A stretch of DNA of 64,000 nucleotides, taken from Rebecca billardiae RCC1528. Taxonomy: Eukaryota > Protista > Haptophyta. Positions 43,585-54,301 of the stretch are shown here, one piece after another (the first letter of the stretch is position 1; every line of letters starts with the position of its first letter). Both the position numbers and the translations under genes were made by a program. The notes beneath the pieces are model-generated. The model searched no databases and had not been told where the DNA came from. It saw only the letters and a program-made list of their open reading frames with translations. The stretch is taken from positions 930,001 through 994,000 of the forward strand of contig OZ251233.1 of the NCBI GenBank assembly GCA_965240325.2, in the 5' to 3' direction.

Positions 43585-45057
43585 ATGGGGAACGCGCGCC
43601 CCGCCGAGGCGCGCTTCCTCCTCTCGCTCGCGATGCTCGCCGTGTACAAGCAGTGCGAGCTGCAGGATCACACGTGCGCCATCCGCATCTGGACGCAGCG
43701 TGCCGCCGACCTCGCAGCGGCCATCTCGCGCACCTCCTCGCGGCCCGTCGCTGTCGACATCATCTCCGGCTGCACGGCGAGCGATCGGCCAGACGCACTC
43801 GGCTTGCGGGCGCCCGGGGCAGGGCGCACGGCTGCAGACGGCGCCGTGGAGTGGCCCGCGGCGCCAGGGGTCGTCATCCGCCGACACGCCGCCATCCCGC
43901 CCGCGGCCGAGCCCATCCTCACCAACGCCGCCTGGGAGTACGACGCGTGGGGCGTGCCGAGCGGCCGGCGGATCGGCAAGCCAGCCACCATCCTCAAATG
44001 GCTGGGCGTGTCGCTGGTGCACGCGGAGTACGCCGCGGTGTTCGACCTGGACACGAACCCGCTGCCGCCCACCATCCGCCCGCGCCTCGACGCCGCCGCG
44101 GCGGACTGGCACGTCGCCCTGCGGCGCATGCGCGCGCGCGGCATCTGGCAGGCGTCGATGCCGCTCAAGCGCACGCCCATCTGGGGGGGCTTCTTCGTCG
44201 TGCGAACGTCGACGGAGCTGTACGAGGAGGGCCTGCGCGTGCTCACGCACGCGGGCGAGCTCTTCAACGCGACCCACGGCTGGGGCCTCGCCGGCCCGCC
44301 GCAGGCCGTCATCCCGCGCTCGGACGTGCTCTGGTCGGTGCGCACGCCTTACTCGTACTTTCTGCACAAGTCACGCGCGCAGGGCGGCGACATGTGGACG
44401 TTCAACAACGCGCCGATCGAGGAGGGCTTCATGCTGTACTTCTACCGCGTGCGCCGGGCGTACCCGTTCGGCATCGAGCTCGGCGAGCTGCCCAGCGCGC
44501 CCGAGCCGAGCACCTTCGAGCTGCGCCACGACATTGGCAAGCCGTGGCTGCGGCGCTGGACTCCACAGCTCGAGGCGTGCGCGGCGATCGCGGCTGCCGA
44601 GCCCGGCGCGCGCGGCGGCGGTGCGGCGGCGCGGACGGCCGCCGGGCTGCCCGAGCTGTGGACGTTCCCGAGGGACGTGCGCGAGACGACACGGGTCTAC
44701 GCCTGGCACAGGCTCGCGCTGCGCGACCTGGATGGCTGGGCTGGCCGAGACGCGTCCCTGCCATCTGTGCTGAACGCGAGTGCGCGCGCCGCGTGCGCGC
44801 GCGTGTGGCGCGCGGCGAGCAGCTGCATACGGCGGACCGCCGTCGCGACGAACAAGCCGCAGCTCAGCGCGCGGCTCGACACGCGCGACGCGCAGCTGAT
44901 TCAGGAGGGCGGCGACCGTGTCTTCGAGTACGTGCCCCGCGAGAGCCGCGGCGGCCTGCGCGAGGGGCCGCTGGACCCCAAGGTCGCCGCCAAGAGGCAG
45001 CGCCAGCGCGCCCGCGAAGCGCGCATCCGGCACCGCCGCGGCCCGTCGCCGGGCTGA
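43585..45057 (+). CDS. GT8-like glycosyltransferase
   Basis: ILKWLGVSL..AAVFDLD (DxD), GGFFVVRTSTELY, EEGFMLYFY, HDIGKPW. Confidence 0.65.
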   Translation: MGNARPAEARFLLSLAMLAVYKQCELQDHTCAIRIWTQRAADLAAAISRTSSRPVAVDIISGCTASDRPDALGLRAPGAGRTAADGAVEWPAAPGVVIRRHAAIPPAAEPILTNAAWEYDAWGVPSGRRIGKPATILKWLGVSLVHAEYAAVFDLDTNPLPPTIRPRLDAAAADWHVALRRMRARGIWQASMPLKRTPIWGGFFVVRTSTELYEEGLRVLTHAGELFNATHGWGLAGPPQAVIPRSDVLWSVRTPYSYFLHKSRAQGGDMWTFNNAPIEEGFMLYFYRVRRAYPFGIELGELPSAPEPSTFELRHDIGKPWLRRWTPQLEACAAIAAAEPGARGGGAAARTAAGLPELWTFPRDVRETTRVYAWHRLALRDLDGWAGRDASLPSVLNASARAACARVWRAASSCIRRTAVATNKPQLSARLDTRDAQLIQEGGDRVFEYVPRESRGGLREGPLDPKVAAKRQRQRAREARIRHRRGPSPG

Positions 45058-45497
45058 CGATGATTTGCGCGCGTCATCATCAGCAGCATCGCATCACGCA
45101 TATCAGCGCTGTGTCTGTGAGCGCTGTCTAGACTCTGATATATATATAGTGATGTAAGTCTGCTGACTATACGCGCGCGCGCGACGACGATATGAATAAT
45201 GATATAATATGATATATATATTAGATCGTCGCGATATGAAAAAGACAGCTTTTAAAAAGTGCTGACGCGCTGCGTACGCTACTGCTGCGCGCCGCTGCCC
45301 GGTACTGATGCAGCAGCCCTCGGTCTCGGAGACGACCCGGACGAGGGCCCCGAGCCCGATGCCCCGAGCAGAGCGGGGCTATATATCGAGATTGTATATG
45401 ATGGTCTGATGACGAGCGCAGCTCATTGACGACATCGGCGCGCGGTGGCGCCTCGACGATCTACTCGTCGATCATCGGGATTGATGGGAGGCCGGCG

Positions 45498-47048
45498 CTA
45501 CCGTCGCGTGCTGACAGCAGTGGCCGCCACGCGGCGTACGTGCTCGGCCCAGAACTCGGCGGTCAGCCGCTCGTGCTCGAATGGCGTGCGCCGCGCGGCG
45601 AACTCGCGCACGCGCCCCATCAGCCCCGCGCACGTGAGCGGCGGATGCTCGCTGATCCCCGGCTCGGCAAACACGACGGGCAGGTTGGGGTAGAGCGCGC
45701 GCAGGCTGTCGTCCTCCGGCATCACCACCACCGTGCCCGCCAGCAGCATCTCCATGTGCCGGAAGCCGTCGGGCGCGGTGCCGCGCGGGCTGAGGCTCAC
45801 GAGCGCGCGCATCGCGCCGCAGAAGTAGCGCAGCGGCGGCGCGGGGAAGTGGTTGAGGACACCTGGCATCGAGTCGGACGCGTTCAGCCGCTGCATCACG
45901 CTCAGCCGGCCGCGGCGTGGCTTGCCCGGGATGTTCGGGCCCTGGTACGCATTGTTGCACACGTGCATGAACTCGAGCTCGGACGCCATCCTCAGCCACG
46001 GGCGCGTCGCGAGCTCGGCCGGCTCGGCGAGAGCGCTGGGCAGCGCATCCGGAGGCAACGCGTGCGCCCACGCGGCGTCGAAGACGCGCGGGAACGCCAT
46101 CGCAGCGAGCTCGGGGTCGGCGACGTCGAGGCGGAGCAGCTTGCCGTCGAGCTTGATCCCCGGCCCGTGCCCAAAGCCCACGGGCACGTACCGGATCTTG
46201 GCGTGCTCCGCGTCGCCCGCCGCGCGGTGCGCCATAAACCACAGCCGGACCGGTGCGCGCCCGATCAGCCGCCACGCGCATTCGGCCGCTCGCGGCTTGC
46301 TCGCGTTGAGCGGCCGGCCGTGCCCGTCGTTACCCGGCGTGATCAGCACCACCGGCGTCGGGAAGGACGGGTCCGCAAGCAGCGCGTCGAGCAGGCACAT
46401 CTCGCTGCGCGGGCGCACGGCCACGACCGGCGCGCGCTCGGGTGCGGCCGCGCGCGCCGCCTCGATTCGCGCGCGCAGCGGTGGAAGGTCCGCCTCAGTG
46501 AGCAGCGCCTGGCTGCGCTCGCTGCCCTTGAGGTTGATGGGCACGTCTGCGAGGGCGAAGAGCGAGCGAATCGTCACGAGGCGCCGGCCGTACGTCGCGC
46601 GCGCAACACTGTGCACCAGCCGGCGCTTCAGTCGCGCCGCGGCCAGCTTGTCCGAATCGCTGAGGGCGTGCGCGCATGGCCGGAACGCATGCGCCCACGT
46701 GCCGCGGTCAGTGAGCGGCTCGCGCCGAGGGCAGCCGACGGAGCCGACGAGATACTCGCTCATCAGCGGCAGGGGAGCGCTCGCGGCTGACGTCTCCTCC
46801 GCGGCGTGCTGCTCGACGGGAGGAGCAGCGTGCGCGTCGCGCGTTGCGCTCGTGTGCTGCGGCTCCCGCACAAACGCGAGCAGCGTGCCCAGCAGGGCTG
46901 CGCCCACGAGGAGGAGCGCGACGGCAACGCTGCACGAGCGCACCGCACCAGCCGCGTCTCGAGGAGGCGCATCCTCCTCAGCGTCGAGCGCCGCCGTGAG
47001 TGGCTGCCTCTCGTCTTCGTCGTGCCCGCGGGCGCTCGCCGCTGCCAT
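45498..47048 (-). CDS. type II membrane exostosin/GT47-like protein
   Basis: TM anchor near the N-terminus; SLSPRGTAPDGFRHMEMLLAGTVVVM...LYPNLPVVF...LTAEFW. Confidence 0.65.
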   Translation of the reverse strand: MAAASARGHDEDERQPLTAALDAEEDAPPRDAAGAVRSCSVAVALLLVGAALLGTLLAFVREPQHTSATRDAHAAPPVEQHAAEETSAASAPLPLMSEYLVGSVGCPRREPLTDRGTWAHAFRPCAHALSDSDKLAAARLKRRLVHSVARATYGRRLVTIRSLFALADVPINLKGSERSQALLTEADLPPLRARIEAARAAAPERAPVVAVRPRSEMCLLDALLADPSFPTPVVLITPGNDGHGRPLNASKPRAAECAWRLIGRAPVRLWFMAHRAAGDAEHAKIRYVPVGFGHGPGIKLDGKLLRLDVADPELAAMAFPRVFDAAWAHALPPDALPSALAEPAELATRPWLRMASELEFMHVCNNAYQGPNIPGKPRRGRLSVMQRLNASDSMPGVLNHFPAPPLRYFCGAMRALVSLSPRGTAPDGFRHMEMLLAGTVVVMPEDDSLRALYPNLPVVFAEPGISEHPPLTCAGLMGRVREFAARRTPFEHERLTAEFWAEHVRRVAATAVSTRR

Positions 47049-47150
47049 TGCTTTGGGTGACCACCCTGGCCAGGGCGGTCTGTTGGCCCGAGCCGGACAG
47101 TCCGGCCCGGCGGCGGGGCGGGCGGCCGCAGCCCGCTTGCAACCTGAACG

Positions 47151-49205
47151 ATGGCTGCCCAGCGCACGCTCGCGACGGCTCAGGCTGTACCAGCGGGCCC
47201 GTCCGCACTTCGCCACGCGCGCGCGGATCGGCCGAAGCGCGCTCAAGGTGTGCGTGCAGCACGGGGTCCATGGCTACTCGGCTCCCGCGCAGCACCGCGT
47301 CCTCTCCGCGCGAGCGTGTCGCACGCGGCGGCGCCGCTCCTCCTGCTTGCGGCCTGCGCGTGCGGTCACGCGCCGACGCGCGCCGACGCCATCGGCGCCG
47401 CCCGCGCCGGCGCCGCACCCGTCCACTGCGACTGGGGCGACGGCCTCGACCAGCTCGCGTCGGCGGCCGACCGCGCGCGCGCAGCCGGCGAGTGCCGGGT
47501 TGCGGCGCCGCGCGTGTGGCCGAGCATCGACGGGCGCGACTGCCGCTCGGCGTTCGAGCGCTGGCGCGCCGCCGCGCCGCGCGACGCGGCTGAGCGCGTG
47601 GTGTACTCGTTGCAGCAGTGGATCGCGCACGCGGGCGACTGCTCGCGCCTGCCCCCGTCCGAGCCGCTCTACCCCGAGTGCCTCGACAGGCGCTCTCGCG
47701 CGAGCGTGAGCGCGCGCGCGGGCGACACCGAGGTCGGCCTGAGCTCAAACGAGCGCTGGCGCGTGCGCCGCTACCTCGGGCTGCTCGCGCCGCTCGTTCT
47801 CGACGGCGCGGACGGCGCGGGCCGCGCCAACGCCACGGGCGCCGCCGCGCTCGCCGCGCGCACCGCGCGCGCGCACATGCCGATCAGCTTACGCCTGCGC
47901 GAGGCGCGCGAGCCTGGGGCGCTTGTGTGCGCCACCGGCCCGCTGATGCTGCACTCGCGGCGCGAGGCGGCGCTGTGCGCGCGGTGCGCTGCCGAGCGCA
48001 ACCAGCGCACGTACGCGACCGACCTCGCGTGCGCGCTCGGCCGCCGGCTGGACGTGCTCCGCCGCCGCCGCGCGGACGCGACCGCGGCCGAGGCCGCTGA
48101 GCTGTGGCTGTGGAAATCCGGCGACGCGCGCGGCTCCCTGCGCCTGCCTGGGCTGCTCAAGGCTCGGAGCCTCCGAGAGCCGCGCTTCGGCGTGCTCGCG
48201 CCGCTGATGGTGCATCGGCACGCGGCAGACCTCGTGGTCGCCGCGCAGCTCGAGCGCGTCCGCGCGCTCCCGTTCGCCGCGCGCGCGCCGTGCGCCGCCT
48301 GGCGCGGCGCCAACACCGGCGCAGACGCGCTCACAGCCAACGGCACGGCCGGCTCGTCTCGGCTCGCGCTCGTGCGCCGCTGGGCGCGCGAGGCGGCCGC
48401 GGGCGGCGTGCGCCTCGACGTGGGCCTCGTGCTTCCCTCGCGCGTGAGCGCGGACGACCCGTCGCGCGCGTTCGCCCGCGGGGCGCGCTCGCTCGAGCAG
48501 CTCGCCGCCTGCCGGTACCAGCTCGCGCCCGAGGGCAACGACGTGGCCACCTCGCTCAAGTGGATGCTGTATACCGACTCGGTGCCGGTGATGCCGGCGC
48601 CGAGCGCGGAGACGTGGGCGCTCGAGGGCTCGCTGCGGCCGTGGGTGCACTACCTGCCCGTGCGCTCGGACTGGGCCGACCTCGGCGACAAGCTGGCGTG
48701 GGCCGAGGCGAACGCCGAGCACGCGCGCGTGATCGCCGCGGCCGGCCGCGCGCACGTGACGCGTGTGCTTGGCCAGGGCTTCGACTCCGAGCGCCGCGTC
48801 GCCAACGCCGTGCTTGACGCGTACCAGCGCGCCATTCGGCTCGTAGGCGAGCGCGCGCCGGTGGCCAAGCGCAAGCGCACGTGCCCGCTCAGCGCCGCCG
48901 AGCGCGACGGCGCGCGGCTCGCGGCTGACGCGATGGCTGGCTCCATGCACGCAGCCTTCCATCGCTACGCCGCCGCGGCCACGGTCGAGGCGACCGCTGC
49001 GCACGCCGCCGCCGAGCGGCGCGCAGAGCTCCCGCGCGCCGCACTGGCGCGCGGGCCGGCCTCAGCTGCGGTGCGCGCACACCTTGCGCGCGAGTACGCC
49101 GCCGCTGCCCGGGAAGCCTTCCTGGGCGGGGTCGAGGGCGAGTCTCTGAGCGCGGCCGACGAGGAGCCGCCGTGGCGCCTCGGGCTCGGCGGCGCCGGCC
49201 GATGA
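47151..49205 (+). CDS. GT90 / CAP10-family glycosyltransferase
   Basis: AWRGANTG, SRLALV, RYQLAPEGNDVATSLKWML, EGSLRPWVHYLPVRSDWADL, ARVIAAAG. Confidence 0.88.
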   Translation: MAAQRTLATAQAVPAGPSALRHARADRPKRAQGVRAARGPWLLGSRAAPRPLRASVSHAAAPLLLLAACACGHAPTRADAIGAARAGAAPVHCDWGDGLDQLASAADRARAAGECRVAAPRVWPSIDGRDCRSAFERWRAAAPRDAAERVVYSLQQWIAHAGDCSRLPPSEPLYPECLDRRSRASVSARAGDTEVGLSSNERWRVRRYLGLLAPLVLDGADGAGRANATGAAALAARTARAHMPISLRLREAREPGALVCATGPLMLHSRREAALCARCAAERNQRTYATDLACALGRRLDVLRRRRADATAAEAAELWLWKSGDARGSLRLPGLLKARSLREPRFGVLAPLMVHRHAADLVVAAQLERVRALPFAARAPCAAWRGANTGADALTANGTAGSSRLALVRRWAREAAAGGVRLDVGLVLPSRVSADDPSRAFARGARSLEQLAACRYQLAPEGNDVATSLKWMLYTDSVPVMPAPSAETWALEGSLRPWVHYLPVRSDWADLGDKLAWAEANAEHARVIAAAGRAHVTRVLGQGFDSERRVANAVLDAYQRAIRLVGERAPVAKRKRTCPLSAAERDGARLAADAMAGSMHAAFHRYAAAATVEATAAHAAAERRAELPRAALARGPASAAVRAHLAREYAAAAREAFLGGVEGESLSAADEEPPWRLGLGGAGR

Positions 49206-49591
49206 CGATCACGACAGACTCTTATTGTCATATTGTGACGGCGCGGAGTGACGACGCCGCGAGTGTCATCGAGTCCGACTCCGAGGACAATATATGTATA
49301 GGCGGTGTACGGCGCGCTACTCGTACGTCATCGTCCGTCGTAGGATGATTCGTACCCGTGCTGATGACATCTGTCTCACGACCGCCTATAGACAGTCGTA
49401 GTCGACCGGTCATCGCCGACATCGGCATCGCCGCGCGACGCCGGCGCCGGCGGCGGGCCGCATCGCCAGACTCAGAGTCACGACGATCGATCTCAGCGCG
49501 ATTGAGCGATCACGATCATCGGACTCTGGCGGCGCGGGAGCATGCTGATGGTGTGACGACCATCGTCCACAGTCGCGTCGCTGCACTTAGA

Positions 49592-51688
49592 CTAGCTGTG
49601 CGGCCTGCTGCCCGGTGGGCACAGCGGGTCCATGGCCTGCTTGGCCTTTGGCAGGCGGTGCTGGTCAGCCCCGCCGCACAGCCCCCGCCGCAGCACCGAG
49701 CCGACGGACACGGAGGCGTGCACCTGCGACATGCTGCCGTCGCAGAACATGAAGCACGCGCGCGAGCCGTCCGGGCGCAGCCGGTCCTTCGGGTCGTTCG
49801 GCAGGTCGACCCTGCACCGGCGCATCTCGCCATCTGCGCCGGGCGCGCCCTTGCCCCTTGCGCCGCCCGCGCCGCCGCCCGCCCGACTTGCGCCGAGGCC
49901 GTCGAAGCGGTGCCGCCCGGCCGGCGAGGGCTCAGCCCACGGGCTCGAGTCGTTGTACACGACGCACGGGAGCGAGGGCGCCTCCGCGTCGCGCCGCGCC
50001 GCAGCGGGGCCGGCGCCGCCGAGCGGATCGCGGAGGGTGAACTTTCCGGTAAGCTTCCAGTGCTCCCTGAGCTGCTCGGCGCTCGGGCCAGGCCTGTGCC
50101 GTCCGAACGGCGAGACGCACTCGTCGAGCCCGTTGAGCGGCGCGCCGTGCCCACGCGCGTGGATGCGCGCCCACGCGTGGCCGGGCGGCCCGTCGAAGTC
50201 GACGAGCTCCTGGTGCAGCAGCCCGTTGTCGTTGGGCGACGCGCCGAGGACCACCGTCTGCACGCCGAGGAAGCAGGCGAGCTGCGCCAGCATCGCGTCC
50301 CACGCCGCCCACACGGTCGCGTTGGCGCGCTGCAGCGGCGACTTGCCGCAGAGGCCGTGGAGCCAGAAGACGGCGAGCTCGTCCGCCTCGGTGCTCGGCG
50401 GCTGCGAGCTCTCCTCCGCCGCTCCGCCGCGCGGATGGCGCAGCAGCATGCGCGAGACCACCTCCGCAGGGTGTGCCGCGTACGCGTGCGCGCGCTGCAC
50501 CCAGCGCGCGCTCTCATAGGCCCTGCGCACCGGCTGCCCGCCGTCCTGGTCGCCATAGCCGCCGGCGATGGGGCACGGGCCGTCGCGCATGCGCCGGTCG
50601 CCGAAGAAGAGCGCGGTGCCGACCGCCTCGGCGGGCGAGGCGTCGGGGAACCGCGCCAGCAGCCGCTCGACCCCCTCGGCGACGCCCGTCGACGCGACGA
50701 CGGCGCGCAGCCTCGGGCCGAGGCGTGCGGCCAAGCCCGCGCCGCGCGCGCTGCCACCGCCGTCTGCGTCGCCGGCGCCCGCGGGCCCGGCCTCGCGCGC
50801 GCCGATCTCGGCGAGCATCTCGATGATTGCCGTCGCCTTGGAGAGCGAGACGAACGGCGTGCGCACGCGGAGGAAGGTGCCGGTGCCCCGCCAGACGTTG
50901 GCCCACAGGCCGCAAGTGGGCGGGCAGTCTCGGATCTGCGGCCCACCCCACTGCTCCACCTCGATGTGGTCGCCGTCCCGGAGCGCGCGCAGCGAGCGCA
51001 GGCGGCGCAGCGCGCCGCCGTACGGCGCCGTCCGCGCGTCGTCGAGCACGAGCCGGCCCGGCGCCTCCGAGCTGTTCGCGGCCGCCTGGCGGCGCGGCAG
51101 CTTCACGCGCCGACGCACGTCCGACGGATCGAAGCCGACGGGGAACCACACGGCGCGCACGATGGCGAGCGGGTTGGTCCACGAGGGCGCGGGCCCGACC
51201 TTGCTCGCGACCGAGGCGTGGAGGAAGAGCGTCGAGCGCGCGGGCTCGGCGTGCACGCGCACGGGCCGCTGCCAGCGGTCGAACTTGCCCCGCGCCTGCC
51301 AGTCGACGGCGCGCCCTGGCCGCATGGCTTCGACTGTGAAGTACGCGCCGCGCGGTAGGTACGGCAGCGGCGGCGCCATGCCGCCCGCACCGTATCTGCT
51401 CGATAGTGGCTCCAAGATGTGCTTGTCCTGGGGCAGGAACTGCGTGGTGCGACGCGGGTCAGCCGAGTAGTAGTAGTCGAGCGACTCGAACAGCGCGCGC
51501 ATCGTGGCCACACTCGCGCCCTCCAGCGACCGCGCGCCCGCCGGGTAGACGGCCTGCAGGTAGTGCCGGAGCGCGTGCGAGCGGTCGACGTCCGCATTCG
51601 GGAACGCGCGCGCGGTGACAAAACTCGCCACGCGGGCGTGGCACCACACGAGCAGCCATAGCGCGCGCCGCGATCGCGGCGCCGCCAT
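49592..51688 (-). CDS. secreted hypothetical protein
   Basis: Long GC3-rich ORF with a signal-like N-terminus (ALWLLVWCHARVAS). No family recognised. Confidence 0.65.
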   Translation of the reverse strand: MAAPRSRRALWLLVWCHARVASFVTARAFPNADVDRSHALRHYLQAVYPAGARSLEGASVATMRALFESLDYYYSADPRRTTQFLPQDKHILEPLSSRYGAGGMAPPLPYLPRGAYFTVEAMRPGRAVDWQARGKFDRWQRPVRVHAEPARSTLFLHASVASKVGPAPSWTNPLAIVRAVWFPVGFDPSDVRRRVKLPRRQAAANSSEAPGRLVLDDARTAPYGGALRRLRSLRALRDGDHIEVEQWGGPQIRDCPPTCGLWANVWRGTGTFLRVRTPFVSLSKATAIIEMLAEIGAREAGPAGAGDADGGGSARGAGLAARLGPRLRAVVASTGVAEGVERLLARFPDASPAEAVGTALFFGDRRMRDGPCPIAGGYGDQDGGQPVRRAYESARWVQRAHAYAAHPAEVVSRMLLRHPRGGAAEESSQPPSTEADELAVFWLHGLCGKSPLQRANATVWAAWDAMLAQLACFLGVQTVVLGASPNDNGLLHQELVDFDGPPGHAWARIHARGHGAPLNGLDECVSPFGRHRPGPSAEQLREHWKLTGKFTLRDPLGGAGPAAARRDAEAPSLPCVVYNDSSPWAEPSPAGRHRFDGLGASRAGGGAGGARGKGAPGADGEMRRCRVDLPNDPKDRLRPDGSRACFMFCDGSMSQVHASVSVGSVLRRGLCGGADQHRLPKAKQAMDPLCPPGSRPHS

Positions 51689-52204
51689 CGTTGGCCGTTG
51701 GGGTTTACAATGGTTTACAATCGTCATCTAGACTGCGGTGGCACATTGAACATAACTACTAGTTACTCGTGAGTGTGACTGGCATCAGTACGGCGCCGAC
51801 AACACATCAGCCTTCATCGCGATGGATACAGTATGGCATATGTGTCATCATCAACGGTACGTATGACATGATGCCCGGCGAGCGAGGGCATGGGTCGATA
51901 AGGCCCATGCTGCCGCAAGGCAAGTCCGGGCGGTGGCGCGGGCGCCGGCCCGCGTCGGGCGGCAGTGAACGCCGCGCACTGCGCCTGAAGACAGGCGGTC
52001 GCGGAGTCAGTCAGTCAGTGAGTCACTGACTCAGGACTTTAAATCTTCTGACGAAGACTCACAGAAGAGTGCCCGAATATGATGTCAGGCCTGTCCGCCT
52101 TGAGCTCGCGGCACCGACGGTCGCCGTGGTGACTGAGATGGGTATGCACGTAGCCAACGGCCTCGGGCCATGGAGCGCGAGGCAGCGAGGGTTGCGGCAG
52201 CGCC

Positions 52205-54088
52205 TCACGGCGTGGCATCGCCATCGTTTGGGATGGGCGGCAACGACGGGGCGCTGATAACCGCCGCTGCGGATGCGTGCCCGGCCGATTGGCCGGCGTC
52301 GTCGACAGCAGAAGAGGCTCCGCTGCTGACTCGGCTGCGCGAGCCGGTCGAGCCGCGTGGCGGCGTGATGCGCGGGGCGCCGGTCCGGGCGTTGAAGAGG
52401 GACCCGCTGCCGAAGCTGCCGCTGCGGCGCATCACAAACTGCCCGCTCGAGCGGAGCACGCCAACGTCCGAGTTGTCGGTGTTGCGGCGGGCGCTGAGTC
52501 GCCCCGTGCGGCTGGACGCGTTGGAGCCGCGCTGCCTGCGGCGCGGTGGCGAGTCTGGCGTCTGCAGGGTCGCTGGCCATCCGAGCTGACTCTGCGGCAC
52601 CTCCAGCGTGAGCTCGGTGGTGGGCGCATCGTCCCCCTCGTTCGCGCCCGGCCGGGGCCGCGCGCTCTCCGCTTCGGCGATCGCCTCCCAAAGCCGCTCG
52701 CTGCCCGAGCGCGCTCTGCTGAACAGCCCTGGCATCTGTGCGGGGCTCTTCGCGGGCGTGAGCGCGACCGGGTTCGGGGCGGAGACGACGTCGGCCGCGA
52801 GGGACGCCGCCATCGTCGGCGTGGCGAGCTGCGTGTGCACGGACGACGCGAGGTCGCGGAAGAGCTTCGACTGCGGGAAGTCAGAAGTGTCGTACCCAAA
52901 CGGGTTCGAGAGCACCAGGTGCAGGTTGAGGCAGCCCTGGTACACGACGCCGAAGAGGAGCATCATCAGCGCGGTGTTCATCACCTCCCACAGGTCCTCG
53001 AAGCTCGCGACGTACAGCTCGGCGCCGCCGCGCAGCGTCTCCACGAGCAGCGTGAACTTCACCACCGCCGCGATCAGCGCGGTGTACGGCAGCGGCAGCT
53101 GCGCGGACACGAGCATGTGGCAGTCTCCCACGGCGCCGCGCGCCATGAAGACGCTCTCGAGGAAGAGCTTGCGGTCGTTGAAGGTGCCGAGGCCCTCGTT
53201 CACGGCGGCGATCACCAGCGTGGAGATCCACACGACCACCGACTGCGCCATCACCGGCGCCGTCTTGAGCACCGCGACCTCGGGCACCGTCACGAGCTTC
53301 GCCTCGAGCAGCTCGGCCAGCCGCACGTCGTCGCGCGCCTCCATGCACATGAGCGAGAACGTGAGCAGGATGTACCGCATCACGCGCATGCGCAGCGCCT
53401 TGAGGCGCTGCTCGTCGCCCGCGAACGCGTGCCCCACGACCGTGGAGATGTTGATCACCGCGCCCATGTACCGCGAGAGCGCGCCATATCGCACCTCCTT
53501 CCAGACCATGATCACGAGGCTGACAAACAGGCCGAGGAAGAAGGCGGTGAGGGCCTGCATCGAGCCGGCGATGATGATGAGCCGCTCCATGTGCGCGCGG
53601 GCGACCTCCTCGGGCACCTCGAGCACGAAGAGCAGCACGGCGATCCCGACCGAGACGCACATCATCAGCAGAATCTGCAGCCACATGAACGGATCGTCAA
53701 ACACCGTGCCGCGCAGGAAGACGACGAGGCCCATGCGGTAAAGCCGGCCGGCGTCGTACTTGGCGACGTGGCCGGACTCGGAGTACACCACGGCCTTCTG
53801 CTCCTCGCCGCCGAAGCAGCCGCGCGTCTCGTCGCAGCACGTCGTGTGCGACTCGCCCTGCTTCGTCGCGGCGACGTCCACGCTGCGCATTCTGCTCTGC
53901 TCCTCACGCGACGTCGCGGTGGTCAGGTACCCCAGCGCCGCTGACGAGCTCTTCGTCCTGCGGGAGGAGGTGACGCGCGACATCTTGCTCGGCGCCTTGA
54001 CCGGCGCGCCCTCGCGTTGAGAGGAGGCGACGCGCGTCATCTTGCTCGGAACCCTGACCGGCGCGCCCTCATGTTGCACACGCGTCAT
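52205..54088 (-). CDS. bestrophin-family anion channel
   Basis: LRGTVF, LTAFFLGLFVSLV, QLPLPYTALI, LSNPFGYDTSDFP; the N-terminus has short tandem repeats. Confidence 0.88.
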   Translation of the reverse strand: MTRVQHEGAPVRVPSKMTRVASSQREGAPVKAPSKMSRVTSSRRTKSSSAALGYLTTATSREEQSRMRSVDVAATKQGESHTTCCDETRGCFGGEEQKAVVYSESGHVAKYDAGRLYRMGLVVFLRGTVFDDPFMWLQILLMMCVSVGIAVLLFVLEVPEEVARAHMERLIIIAGSMQALTAFFLGLFVSLVIMVWKEVRYGALSRYMGAVINISTVVGHAFAGDEQRLKALRMRVMRYILLTFSLMCMEARDDVRLAELLEAKLVTVPEVAVLKTAPVMAQSVVVWISTLVIAAVNEGLGTFNDRKLFLESVFMARGAVGDCHMLVSAQLPLPYTALIAAVVKFTLLVETLRGGAELYVASFEDLWEVMNTALMMLLFGVVYQGCLNLHLVLSNPFGYDTSDFPQSKLFRDLASSVHTQLATPTMAASLAADVVSAPNPVALTPAKSPAQMPGLFSRARSGSERLWEAIAEAESARPRPGANEGDDAPTTELTLEVPQSQLGWPATLQTPDSPPRRRQRGSNASSRTGRLSARRNTDNSDVGVLRSSGQFVMRRSGSFGSGSLFNARTGAPRITPPRGSTGSRSRVSSGASSAVDDAGQSAGHASAAAVISAPSLPPIPNDGDATP

Positions 54089-54227
54089 CTTGGAGTGGGG
54101 CTCAATGTCGTCGCCCTGATGCGCCCTGATTCTGCGTCTGGACTTTTGACGAGGTTCCTCACGCGAGTTCAGAGTACAGTATCGTCATACTGAAACGCGC
54201 ATACTAGTAGTACCACTCCCATATTAG

Positions 54228-54301
54228 TACCCGTGCCGTTACAAATAGCAACATCCCGCTGATGTATCCGTGCCGTTACAAATAGCAACGTCCCGCTGAT
54301 G
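54228..54301 (+). repeat. 37-bp tandem duplication in the divergent promoter region
   Basis: TA(C/T)CCGTGCCGTTACAAATAGCAAC(A/G)TCCCGCTGATG twice. Confidence 0.85.

Noticed and set aside
14341-53944. Numerous long Arg/Ala/Pro-rich shadow ORFs
   Set aside because: They are alternative-frame or antisense artefacts of very high GC overlapping well-supported genes.
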